Source: an uncultured Chloroflexia bacterium
GTDB lineage: Bacteria; Chloroflexota; Limnocylindria; Limnocylindrales; CSP1-4
Direction of reading: 5' to 3'
Assembly: GCA_963718285.1 (NCBI GenBank)
Contig: CAVQYU010000001.1
Span: 75,799 to 139,798, forward strand
Length of the DNA stretch: 64,000 bases
Shown: piece after piece, positions 26,301 to 34,324 of the stretch
How the letters are laid out: each line of letters begins with the position of its first letter
Position numbering within the stretch: the first letter of the stretch is position 1
The notes under the pieces: model-generated
Seen by the model: the letters and a program-made list of their open reading frames with translations, nothing else
The model's database searches: none
Told to the model about the DNA's origin: nothing
Made by a program: the position numbers and the translations under genes

Positions 26301-26621
26301 GGCGGCCGCGAAGCGAGCGATCAGGGTGGTTTTGCCCGATCCGGCCGGAGCAACGACCAGGGCCAGGCCGTGGCGCCAGACCGCCGACAGGCGATCATCG
26401 ACCCTTGGCCGGGCAAGGCCGGCCACTGCCGGCACGCGGACCTTGGCCGGCGCCACCGGCGGTCCGGAATTGAGCGGACTCGCGCTCCGGCGCGGGCGCC
26501 CGCCTGGGGCAGCGTTCCTGGCCAATTGAGTCGATAGAGCCTCGACAGGTCGCAATCCAGGGTGATTGGCGAGGCACGATTGTCGATCTTTCGGGGGTCC
26601 ACCGTCCAGCCGCTGGCGCAA
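23385..26621 (-). CDS. large STAND ATPase-TPR regulator with C-terminal SARP module (OmpR-type wHTH + BTAD)
   Basis: N-terminal P-loop VVAPAGSGKTTLIARF and LLVVDDAHTL. Central helical/TPR-like repeats. C-terminal FGGFRLLVGG...PRARQVLHLLSLACGGPVHREVILTALWPD...YRL, then BTAD (AMDALRRAIERYRGDLLPE...GLWRLLIDAHDRAGDRGAAHRARRGYAQMLAELGV). True start uncertain (TTG 26621 or internal GTGs). Confidence 0.8.
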   Translation of the reverse strand: MRQRLDGGPPKDRQSCLANHPGLRPVEALSTQLARNAAPGGRPRRSASPLNSGPPVAPAKVRVPAVAGLARPRVDDRLSAVWRHGLALVVAPAGSGKTTLIARFAAASPDPVAWYRAEGRDQSEAALLQHLEAALLAILPGLARGWTSVEAASRAFEQLATGRILLVVDDAHTLEGSSAEQALERFIDYAPPSLAVVIGSRSEPAFNLSRRRVSGGLLEIGPEDLRFRSWEVERLFRDFYAESVGPEEIARLARRTDGWAAGLQLFHLATAGKSAEERRRILASLGSGSRVVREYLTRNVLDELPPELRSFLVQTSVLGILSGPLADGLLGRTDGARVLEELERRRLFTFALDDGTYRYHEVLRSHLEGVLLEERGEVALRSTHRRAGELLEAADAPAEALVAYCRAEAWDAAERLVAREGRQLAAGPAAWLEVLPAGTVRHDPWLILATARRHRAEGRWVEAIEAYQLAEAGFGASTVAQTPRRERLAIAPWLEVNPGPPTDWSGRLRAAVLRDPLTAARGTWPATSSDADPAGSALGSPGSRLGRGLALLAGGRVAAAVGALSDQTADQVAAPMTGPLGGPVAQAAGSDEADPAMAAALALARGAARLVAGDPAGSRDVEAGIALADGAGAGWLARLGRALLVVASADLPPGSPPEAGADRHPWSTALTGLLMGWLRPGAPATLSFLDGAVDRFAALGAASLEAWALALGAYASARQARPDAGAQVSRAVAAIRRGSVPDAYFLVELALARLDAERADLHLERAAEVAGRTGLVEPRQVAPDRPAEPTPAEARRRSSPAMALGTPAQRPAEATQPAAVSIDLFGGFRLLVGGLEVDLALVKPRARQVLHLLSLACGGPVHREVILTALWPDTDPETAGRLLHVAVSSLRTALEPGSPRGGAGLIRRDGDAYRLGLPGAAEFDLIDFQEALDEAATALAQANPGAAMDALRRAIERYRGDLLPEEGPADWVVDARDRARLAAVGAARSLAELRLAAGDDGGAAQACARGLTLDRFDDGLWRLLIDAHDRAGDRGAAHRARRGYAQMLAELGVGPPLEAPARPVPADGATAAALVARA

Positions 26622-26729
26622 TGGCCAGGGACTCCAGCACCTCTACAGCCTCGTTCGCGACACCCCGGCGGTGGGCGCAGGCCATCGTGGATAATGGCCC
26701 AGCCCCGGTCGGCTCGATGAGGGTTCAGC

Positions 26730-28496
26730 GTGATCGTCTGTACGAACTGCGGACACGAGAATTCGGACGATGCGACGTTCTGCGCCTCGTGCAACGCGTT
26801 TCTCGAGTGGAGCGGTGCCCCGGCCAAGAGCTCGGCGGGCCCGGAGCCTGGCCAACCGGCCGATCCAGGGCCGGCCGATGCCGGTCCGGCCGGCCCGACG
26901 GACGCCGGGAACAGCCGGTCCCAGGCCGCCGAATCCCTGGACGCCGCGACAGAAGCCGACGCCACCGGCCGCCCGGCCGCACGTGAGCGGGACGATCAGG
27001 TGGTGCCACCTGTCACCACGCCGCCCGACCGTCCGTCGCCCGTCGTCAGCCCGCCGCCCACCGAGAAGGCGCCTGCACCGGGCCCACCGGCCGTCAAGGC
27101 TGGACCGGCGGCCGGCGGCGCTGCAGCCGTCGCTGCCGCTGGCGCTGCAGCCGTCGCTGCCGCTGGCGCGACAACCGGCGCTGCGGCAGCGAGCGAACCA
27201 CCGGCCCAGCGACCTGTTGCCCCCGCCCGGAAGCCGGCCCGAGCCGACACCAGCCCACCCGAGGTGGCTCCCGGCCCGGCTCGGCCAACCGCCCGGCCTG
27301 GACCGGCCGCAGTCGTGCCCGCGATCGGCGCCCCCGCCCAGGGCGGAATCACGTGCGCCAAGTGCGGCACGGTCAACGAACCCGGCCGGGTTTACTGCGT
27401 CTACTGCGGCGAAGCCCTGGCCGCCCCCGTCACGGCGCCGGTCCCACCGCCAGTTTCGTCCGGACGGCGCATCCCGGTCATCGCGATCGTGGGCGGGGTC
27501 GCGCTCGTCGCGCTCCTCGCCATCGGCGTGTTCGCCCTGAAGGGCAGTCCGGCCGCCACGACCCCATCGCCGACGGTCCCGGCCAGTGCCGCGGCAGTTG
27601 TTGCCAGCCCAAGCACGCCGGCCAGCCTGGCGCCGACTCCGGCCCCGACAGCGTCCGCCAGCGTCAGCGCCGCACCGCTTCCGCCCCCGCCGGATCGACC
27701 GATCGTCTATTCGATGACCACCACGAGCACCCTGATCTGGTCGATCCCGGCAACTGGCGGCAAGGCGACCCAGCTGGTCAAGACCGGCACGAACAGCGGC
27801 GCCGGCTGGTCGCGCGACGCCAAGCACATCAGCTGGGTCCGGCGGGTTGGGTCCGCGCCGATCGAGGTGTGGGTCATGAATGCCAACGGCTCGTCGGCCC
27901 ACGCCCTGACCAGCGGAGCCCATGCCAACGACGCGCCGAGCTGGTCGCCGTCGGGTGACCGGATCGCATTCGCGGCTTCGTTCGGGGCGAGCACGAGCCA
28001 GATCTGGATCATCCCGGCCGCGGGCGGCAAGGCAGTCCGGCTGACGAGCGTCGCGGGCGGAGCCCGCTGGCCGAGCTGGTCGCCCGACGGTCACTCGATC
28101 GTCTACGTCTCTCCGACCAACGGCCAGTCGAGCCTGTGGCGGATCGACCCCGAGAATCCGGCCGCCGGCGCCGTCCAGCTGACCGCGGCAACGAGCGGCG
28201 CCGACCATTCCCCGACCTGGTCGCCCGACGGCACGCGGATCGCCTTCGACAGCAGCCGCGACGGCACGGACCGGATCTACGTCATGAACGCCGATGGTTC
28301 GAACGCCCAGGCGGTGACGCCACCCAGCCTGCCGGCGGCCTGGCCGGCGTGGTCGCCGGACGGCAGCCAGCTCGTGTTCGAGGGGACGAAGGGCGCCGAC
28401 CGGGACCTGTACCTCGTCCCGGCCAACGGCTCGGCCGCGCCGACCGACCTGACCAACGATCCCGACCACAACGAGTTCGCGGCCGGCTGGTGGTAA
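26730..28496 (+). CDS. double zinc-ribbon, single-TM, PD40/TolB-like beta-propeller protein
   Basis: CTNCGHENSDDATFCASCNAFL and CAKCGTVNEPGRVYCVYCGEAL. TM helix IPVIAIVGGVALVALLAIGVFAL. Repeated WSPDG/WSPSGDRIAF PD40 motifs. Ends in AAGWW. Confidence 0.8.
   Translation: MIVCTNCGHENSDDATFCASCNAFLEWSGAPAKSSAGPEPGQPADPGPADAGPAGPTDAGNSRSQAAESLDAATEADATGRPAARERDDQVVPPVTTPPDRPSPVVSPPPTEKAPAPGPPAVKAGPAAGGAAAVAAAGAAAVAAAGATTGAAAASEPPAQRPVAPARKPARADTSPPEVAPGPARPTARPGPAAVVPAIGAPAQGGITCAKCGTVNEPGRVYCVYCGEALAAPVTAPVPPPVSSGRRIPVIAIVGGVALVALLAIGVFALKGSPAATTPSPTVPASAAAVVASPSTPASLAPTPAPTASASVSAAPLPPPPDRPIVYSMTTTSTLIWSIPATGGKATQLVKTGTNSGAGWSRDAKHISWVRRVGSAPIEVWVMNANGSSAHALTSGAHANDAPSWSPSGDRIAFAASFGASTSQIWIIPAAGGKAVRLTSVAGGARWPSWSPDGHSIVYVSPTNGQSSLWRIDPENPAAGAVQLTAATSGADHSPTWSPDGTRIAFDSSRDGTDRIYVMNADGSNAQAVTPPSLPAAWPAWSPDGSQLVFEGTKGADRDLYLVPANGSAAPTDLTNDPDHNEFAAGWW
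27120..27167. repeat. perfect 24-nt tandem duplication inside the zinc-ribbon/PD40 gene
   Basis: GCTGCAGCCGTCGCTGCCGCTGGC x2, encoding AAAVAAAG AAAVAAAG in the cytoplasmic linker. Confidence 0.85.
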
Positions 28497-28503
28497 GTGC
28501 CTG

Positions 28504-29586
28504 ATGCAGCGACCCGCCCAGCAGCGACCGCCGGAGCCCGACCGTGAGATTCCCGGCGTGGCGATCGCGGCCGGCGGACTGGTCGTGGTCCTGGTCGTGG
28601 TCGCCTTGCTCGTGTTGAGCGGGCGGTTGCAGCCCTCAGGGTCACCGAGCGCCGCCCCCAGCGCCGCCGAGGCACAGCCGACGCCCTCCGACTCGGGCGG
28701 GCCGGGCAGCTCAGGGGGCCCGGACGGCTCGGTCGGACCGGGCAGCTCAAACCTGGGAGCGACCTCTTCCGCCGGACCGGCCCCCGATCGACCGATCGCC
28801 TACTCCAGGACGGCCGGCGCGACAACGATCTGGTCGATGCAGCCCGGCGCGGCGGCAATTCAGCTGGGCCAGGACGGCCCGAGCACGGGCGCCGCCTGGT
28901 CGCATGACGCGCGCCAGATCGCATTCATCCGGCGGACCGGCAGCGGGTCGGGCGAGGTCTGGGTCATGGCCGCCGATGGCTCGTCCGCCCACGCCCTCAC
29001 GACCGGCGCCCAGGCGGTCGAGCATCCGAGCTGGTCGCCCAAGGGCGATCGGATCGCGTTCGCGGCAGCCTATGGCAGCACCGACACCCAGCTGTGGGTC
29101 ATTCCGTCGGCCGGCGGCAAGCCGGTCCAGGTCACCTACGTCACGGGCAGTCCCGGGGCGCCCAGCTGGTCGCCGGACGGGCAAACCCTGATCTACGCCA
29201 ACACGATCAATGGATCGTCGGGACTGTGGATCGCCGACCCCGCCAACCCGACCTCTCCGACGATCGGCCTGTTCGGGCTGCCCGAAGGGACGAATCGAAC
29301 GCCGGCCTGGTCACCGGACGGCTCGCGGATCGCCTTCGACAGCACCCTCAACGGGACCGACCAGATCTGGGTGATGAATGCCGACGGCTCGGCGCCCAAC
29401 TCGATCACACCGGCGACGCTGGCCGCTTCCTGGCCGGCCTGGTCACCGGACGGCAAGCAGCTCGTCTTCCAGGTGCTCAAGGGCTCCGACACCGACCTGT
29501 ATGTGATGCCTGCCGATGGGTCGGCGAGCCCGGTCGATATCACCAAGGACCCAAAGCACGCAGCGTTCGACGCGGCCTGGTGGTGA
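28504..29586 (+). CDS. single-TM PD40/TolB-like beta-propeller protein (tandem paralogue of the previous gene)
   Basis: N-terminal TM GVAIAAGGLVVVLVVVALLVL. The propeller region aligns by eye along its length with 26730..28496 (DRPIAYS..., WSPKGDRIAFAA, WSPDGSRIAFDS, ends DAAWW). Only a 7-nt gap to the upstream gene. Confidence 0.8.
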   Translation: MQRPAQQRPPEPDREIPGVAIAAGGLVVVLVVVALLVLSGRLQPSGSPSAAPSAAEAQPTPSDSGGPGSSGGPDGSVGPGSSNLGATSSAGPAPDRPIAYSRTAGATTIWSMQPGAAAIQLGQDGPSTGAAWSHDARQIAFIRRTGSGSGEVWVMAADGSSAHALTTGAQAVEHPSWSPKGDRIAFAAAYGSTDTQLWVIPSAGGKPVQVTYVTGSPGAPSWSPDGQTLIYANTINGSSGLWIADPANPTSPTIGLFGLPEGTNRTPAWSPDGSRIAFDSTLNGTDQIWVMNADGSAPNSITPATLAASWPAWSPDGKQLVFQVLKGSDTDLYVMPADGSASPVDITKDPKHAAFDAAWW

Positions 29587-29593
29587 GGGCCTG

Positions 29594-31117
29594 ATGCCGG
29601 CCACCGTCGAGCTCGTCGACTCCTCGGTCGTGATCGCCCCAGGGGCGACCGCCAGCGCCGTGCTGCGGATCCGGAACACGGGCCGGATCGTGGATGAGTT
29701 CAGCATCCGGCCGGTAGGCGAATTTGCCGCCTGGATGGCGGCTCCGGCCGCGCTGCCCCTGTTCCCCGACGCAGTCGGCGAGGTCCGGGTCCAGTTCGCC
29801 CTGCCACGGGGCAGCCAGCCGGCGGCTGGCACCTACCCATTTGCCGTCCAGGTGCGCTCGCGCGAGGACGCCGCGTTCTCCTATGTGGCCGAGGGCCGGA
29901 TCCAGGTCAGCCCGGTCCTCGAGGTCACGGCCCGACTCACTCCTCGGACAACGAGCGGTGGCCGCCTGTCGCGCAGCGGTGCGCCTCGCCTCGAGCTCGA
30001 CAATGCGGGCAACGTGCCGGCGACGATCGACATCTCGGGGGCCGATCCCGACGAGCGCCTGATGATCCAGCCGGAGCAGGCCAGGGTGGTGGTGCCGGCC
30101 GGTGGCAGCGCCGTCGTCCGGATCAAGGTGACCGCCCGGAAGCAGATCCTCCAGGGCACGCCGGTCGCGATTCCCTTCCAGGTGCGGGCGACGCCGGCCG
30201 GAGCTGCCCCGATCAGCCTGGACGGCTCGCTCAACCAGAAGGCGCTCCTGCCTTCTGGCATGGGTCAGCTGCTCATCGCGATCGTGCCCCTGCTGGTCGT
30301 CGCGTTCATTGCCAAGACGGTCATCGACAACGTGAGCAAGGCGAGTGCCAGCCCCTCGGTGATCGCCCTCGCGACGCCCAGCCCGACGCCGACGCCCAGC
30401 CCAAGCCCCTCCGCCGCACCCAGCGCCACGCCTGCCCCGAGCCCCAGCGCCAGCCCGATCCCGCTGGCCGATGCGACCTTGCGCGGCCTCGGCCTGTACG
30501 ACCCCGCGGGCCAGGGCAATCCCAAGGCGACGTTCGGCTTCCACGTCGACGGCGGCGGGACGATCGATGTCAAGGCCCTCACCGCCACTGGGCCGATCAA
30601 GATCTGCATCCAGCAACAAGGCCGCAGCCCAACCTGCGGATCGGGAGCGACCGGGCTCGAGGTGAAGAAGGCGACGGCCGTCGCCGGTACCTGGACGGTC
30701 AGCCTGGTCGGGGACAGCAACGGCAACTCCTCGACCGTGGACGTCGAGCTGACCTATCCGGCCGCCGCGCCTTCACTCGAGATCAGCGGGATCCCCTTCG
30801 CGGGGTCGATGGCCAGGACCGGGCTCGACCTGACCGTCGTCGCGACCGCGTCCGGCGCGCTCAACCTCAACGCGAGCTGGACGGCCTTTCCGGACCCCGG
30901 CACGAGCACGATCTCCGGGTCGAGTGCCAGCTCATACGACCTGCGCATCCTGAATGTCGCCAACCCGGGCACGCCGATCACGGGATCCGGTGAGGCGGTC
31001 CAGAACGCGACGGCGCCGGCGAACCAGCTCCTGCCGCCCAATGCCTATGAGCTGACCCTGACCAGCCGCCTGGCAACATCCGAGCTGGTCCTCGACGGGA
31101 CGGTGAGCTGGCCCTGA
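29594..31117 (+). CDS. bitopic membrane protein: two N-terminal Ig/CARDB-like domains, TM, Pro/Thr/Ser linker, beta-rich C-terminal domain
   Basis: VIAPGATASAVLRIRNTGRIVDEFSI and VVVPAGGSAVVRIKV are CARDB/NEW3-like strands. TM helix LLIAIVPLLVVAFIA. Linker TPSPTPTPSPSPS. Only a 7-nt gap to the upstream gene. Confidence 0.6.
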   Translation: MPATVELVDSSVVIAPGATASAVLRIRNTGRIVDEFSIRPVGEFAAWMAAPAALPLFPDAVGEVRVQFALPRGSQPAAGTYPFAVQVRSREDAAFSYVAEGRIQVSPVLEVTARLTPRTTSGGRLSRSGAPRLELDNAGNVPATIDISGADPDERLMIQPEQARVVVPAGGSAVVRIKVTARKQILQGTPVAIPFQVRATPAGAAPISLDGSLNQKALLPSGMGQLLIAIVPLLVVAFIAKTVIDNVSKASASPSVIALATPSPTPTPSPSPSAAPSATPAPSPSASPIPLADATLRGLGLYDPAGQGNPKATFGFHVDGGGTIDVKALTATGPIKICIQQQGRSPTCGSGATGLEVKKATAVAGTWTVSLVGDSNGNSSTVDVELTYPAAAPSLEISGIPFAGSMARTGLDLTVVATASGALNLNASWTAFPDPGTSTISGSSASSYDLRILNVANPGTPITGSGEAVQNATAPANQLLPPNAYELTLTSRLATSELVLDGTVSWP

Positions 31118-31150
31118 GCCACGGTTCAGGGTCCTGGAGCGGCTGACCGG

Positions 31151-33943
31151 CTAGCGGTCGCGCTCCGCGGCCAGCGCCAGAGTTGCCTGGGCGGCGGCCA
31201 GCCGGGCGACCGGCACCCGGAACGGTGAGCAGGACACGTAGTCAAGGCCGATCCGCTCGCACTTGGCGATCGACTCGGGGTCCCCGCCGTGCTCACCACA
31301 GATGCCCAGCTCGAGGTCAGGCCGGGTGGCCCGGCCCTTGTCGACCGCGATCTTCATCAGGCCGGCGACGGCGTCATCGAGGGTCTGGAACGGGTTGACC
31401 GGCAGGATGTGGTCCTCGACGTACTTGAGCAGGAAGCCACCCTCGGCGTCGTCCCGGCTGTAGCCGAAGGTCATCTGGGTCAGGTCGTTCGTGCCGAAGC
31501 TGAAGAAGGCGGCGTCGGCCGCGATGAGGTCGGCAGTCAGGGCTCCCCGAGGGACCTCGATCATCGTCCCGAACTTGTAGTCGAGGGCGACCCCGGCCGC
31601 CCCGGCCACGGCGTTCGCCTCAGTCTCGAGAATCCGCTTCGTGGCCGACAGCTCGTTCACGTGGCCAACCAGCGGGATCATGATCTTGGCGATGGGATGG
31701 CCACCGGTCCGGGTGACCGCGATCTGGGCGTTCAGGATCGCCCGGGTCTGGATCTTCACGAAGTCCGGGATCATCAGGCCCAGCCGGCAGCCGCGCAGGC
31801 CCAGCATCGGGTTCTGCTCGCGCATCGACTCGACCACGGCCAGGACCTCGCGCGCCCGGCGGTAGGCGGGGTCGTCCTCGGGCGTGCCCCGCTCGCGCAG
31901 CTCGGTGACCTCGACCAGCAGGTCGTCATGGTTTGGCAGGAACTCGTGGAGGGGCGGGTCGATCAGGCGGACGACGACCGGCAGGCCATCCATGGCCCGG
32001 AAGATCCCCTCGAAATCACCCTGCTGGAGGACCTCCAGGCGGCCCATCGCCGCATCGAACCGGGCAACGATGGCGAGCTCGTCGGGACCCAGGGCCTCGC
32101 CGGCGTCGCGACGGGCCTTGGCCCGGGTGGCGGCCGTGGCCACCAGGATGGCGTCACGGACGATCTCAAGGCGCTCGCCTTCGCGGAACATGTGCTCGGT
32201 CCGGCACAGGCCGATGCCCTGGGCACCGTAGGTCCGGGCCAGGGCGGCCTCTTCAGGCTTGTCCGCGTTGGTCCACACGCCCATCCGGCGAATGCCGTCG
32301 GCCCAGCCCAGGATCGTGCGCAGGTCGGGCTGGTCCTCGAAGCGGGCCGAGACGGTGGCCATCGCGCCCAGGAAGACCTCGCCGGTCGAACCGTCGACGC
32401 TCAGCCAGTCGCCCTCGGCAAAGGTCACTCCCGACTCGACGCTGCGCGCCGTGCGGGCGGAATAGTCGATGACGAGCTCGGCGCAGCCGGCCACGCAGGG
32501 CTTGCCGATCTGGCGGGCGACGACGGCGGCGTGCGAGGTCGCGCCACCGCGGGCCGTGAGGATGCCCTGGGCCACGGCCATCCCGTGGAAGTCGTCGGGC
32601 GAGGTCTCGATCCGGACCAGGACCACTCGCTCGCCCCGGCCGACCCAGGCCACGGCGTCGTCGGCCGAGAAGACGGCCCGGCCGACGGCCGCGCCCGGCG
32701 ACGCGTTCAAGCCGCGCGCGATGCGGGTCGCCGACTTGCGCGCCTCGGGATCGTACTGGTCGCGCAGGAGCTGGTCGATCTGGGTTGGCTCGATCCGGCC
32801 AACGGCCTCTTCCTTCGTGATCACGTTCTCGCCGACCATGTCGACGGCGATCTTCACGGCTGCGGCCGCGGTCCGCTTGGCGCTCCGGGTCTGGAGCATG
32901 AACAGGTGGCCGCGCTCGATCGTGAACTCCAGGTCCTGGACGTCGCGATAGTGGCGCTCGAGGCGCTCGGCGATGCGCTGGAACTCGGCGTAGGCCTCGG
33001 GCAGATCGCGCTGGAGGTTGCTGATCTTGAGCGGGGTGCGAATGCCGGCGACGACGTCCTCGCCCTGGGCGTTGGTCAGGTACTCGCCATAGAGGACCTT
33101 CTCGCCGGTGTTGGGGTCGCGGGTGAAGGCGACCCCGGTGCCCGAGTCGTCGCCCATGTTGCCGAAGACCATCGTGACCACGTTGACGGCCGTGCCGAGG
33201 TCGTGCCGGATCTTCTGGTTCTCGCGGTAGTCGTGGGCGCGCTTGCCGAACCACGAGGCGAAGACGGCCTTGATCGCCAGGTCGAGCTGATCGAACGGAT
33301 CGCTCGGGAAATCGCGGCCGGTCTCGGCCTTGACGATCGCCTTGAACGCCTCGCTCACGTGCTGCAGGGCGGCTGCGTCGAGATCGGTGTCCTGGCGGGC
33401 CCCGTGGATCGACTTGGCGTGGTCGAGCGCCTCGTCGAACTTCTCGGCGTCGACGCCCATCACGATCCGGCCGAACATCTGGATGAACCGGCGGTAGGCG
33501 TCCCAGCCGAAGCGATCGTTGCCGGTCAGGGCAATCAGGCCGTGCAGGGTTCGCTCGTTGAGGCCCAGGTTGAGGACGGTGTCCATCATCCCGGGCATCG
33601 AGAAGCGGGCGCCCGAGCGGACCGACACGAGGAGCGGATTGGCCGGATCGCCGAAGCCCTTGCCGGTCTGCCGCTCGACATCCTTGACCGCGTCGAGTAC
33701 GTCCTGCCACAGGCCGTCGGGCAGTTGCTCGCCGGCCGCGAAGAAGTCGTTGCAGGCCTCGGTCGTGATCGTGAAACCGGGTGGCACGGGCAATCCCGCC
33801 GTGGTCATCTCGGCCAGGCCGGCCCCTTTCCCACCGAGCAGGTCGCGCATCGCGGCGCTGCCCTCGGCGTGGCCATCGCCCCAGGCGTAGATGTAGCGCT
33901 TGGCGGCAACGTGGGAACGCTCGGACGTGGCAGTCTCGGTCAT
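31151..33943 (-). CDS. ppdK: pyruvate, phosphate dikinase
   Basis: KRYIYAWGDG...GGKGAGLAEM, catalytic His block GGATSHAAVVARQIGKPCV, and C-terminal CGEHGGDPESI. ATG 33943 is preceded by AAGGAG. Confidence 0.9.
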   Translation of the reverse strand: MTETATSERSHVAAKRYIYAWGDGHAEGSAAMRDLLGGKGAGLAEMTTAGLPVPPGFTITTEACNDFFAAGEQLPDGLWQDVLDAVKDVERQTGKGFGDPANPLLVSVRSGARFSMPGMMDTVLNLGLNERTLHGLIALTGNDRFGWDAYRRFIQMFGRIVMGVDAEKFDEALDHAKSIHGARQDTDLDAAALQHVSEAFKAIVKAETGRDFPSDPFDQLDLAIKAVFASWFGKRAHDYRENQKIRHDLGTAVNVVTMVFGNMGDDSGTGVAFTRDPNTGEKVLYGEYLTNAQGEDVVAGIRTPLKISNLQRDLPEAYAEFQRIAERLERHYRDVQDLEFTIERGHLFMLQTRSAKRTAAAAVKIAVDMVGENVITKEEAVGRIEPTQIDQLLRDQYDPEARKSATRIARGLNASPGAAVGRAVFSADDAVAWVGRGERVVLVRIETSPDDFHGMAVAQGILTARGGATSHAAVVARQIGKPCVAGCAELVIDYSARTARSVESGVTFAEGDWLSVDGSTGEVFLGAMATVSARFEDQPDLRTILGWADGIRRMGVWTNADKPEEAALARTYGAQGIGLCRTEHMFREGERLEIVRDAILVATAATRAKARRDAGEALGPDELAIVARFDAAMGRLEVLQQGDFEGIFRAMDGLPVVVRLIDPPLHEFLPNHDDLLVEVTELRERGTPEDDPAYRRAREVLAVVESMREQNPMLGLRGCRLGLMIPDFVKIQTRAILNAQIAVTRTGGHPIAKIMIPLVGHVNELSATKRILETEANAVAGAAGVALDYKFGTMIEVPRGALTADLIAADAAFFSFGTNDLTQMTFGYSRDDAEGGFLLKYVEDHILPVNPFQTLDDAVAGLMKIAVDKGRATRPDLELGICGEHGGDPESIAKCERIGLDYVSCSPFRVPVARLAAAQATLALAAERDR

Positions 33944-33998
33944 CGCGACGGGATGCTCCTTCGATCGACGCTCGGGTCGTGCGGGGCGTGGCCCCCCG

Positions 33999-34004
33999 AT
34001 TGTA
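33999..34004 (-). promoter_or_regulatory. candidate -10 hexamer TACAAT upstream of ppdK
   Basis: On the minus strand, GGGTACAATCGGGG lies ~56 nt upstream of the ppdK ATG and is a rare AT hexamer in GC-rich context. No convincing -35. Confidence 0.3.
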
Positions 34005-34100
34005 CCCGCGACCCCGGGTGACCTCCGGTTGTGGATCGGTTGCGGGCCCCGAAGCCGACAGCCCACGCGTTGGCAGCTGAACGGCGGTCGGGGCATCCGA

Positions 34101-34284
34101 ATATCACCACTATTCTTAGCTTGCGTGCTGGCCGCCCGGAACGAGGGTCTGAGCCAGGTCGAGCTGGGCAGAGCTCGGGCGCTGAGCACGAAATCCGCTG
34201 AGCGGACCCACCGGGACCCCGGATTCTCCCGGCCGAACCTGCAGTTCCGCGGTGCTAGCGGTCAGCTAAGAATAGTGGTGATAT
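34101..34284. repeat. 184-bp segment bounded by perfect 21-bp AT-rich inverted repeats
   Basis: ATATCACCACTATTCTTAGCT (34101-34121) and its exact reverse complement AGCTAAGAATAGTGGTGATAT (34264-34284), separated by 142 bp. It lies in the intergenic region between the FNR-like gene and ppdK. Confidence 0.85.
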
Positions 34285-34324
34285 CGTGCGATCGACGAGG
34301 TCGAGCCACGGCCGTGACGAAGGG

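Noticed and set aside
34191-34270. Plus-strand fragments AAUCCGCUGAGCGGACCCA ... CCGAACC ... GGUCAGCUAAG resemble conserved blocks I recall from the ydaO-type c-di-AMP riboswitch. This is tempting because cdaA is in the window.
   Set aside because: No plus-strand gene follows, since the next ~850 bp is the minus-strand FNR-like gene. The blocks are incomplete and interrupted. I cannot fold or score the region. An Infernal search with the ydaO-yuaA model on both strands would settle it.
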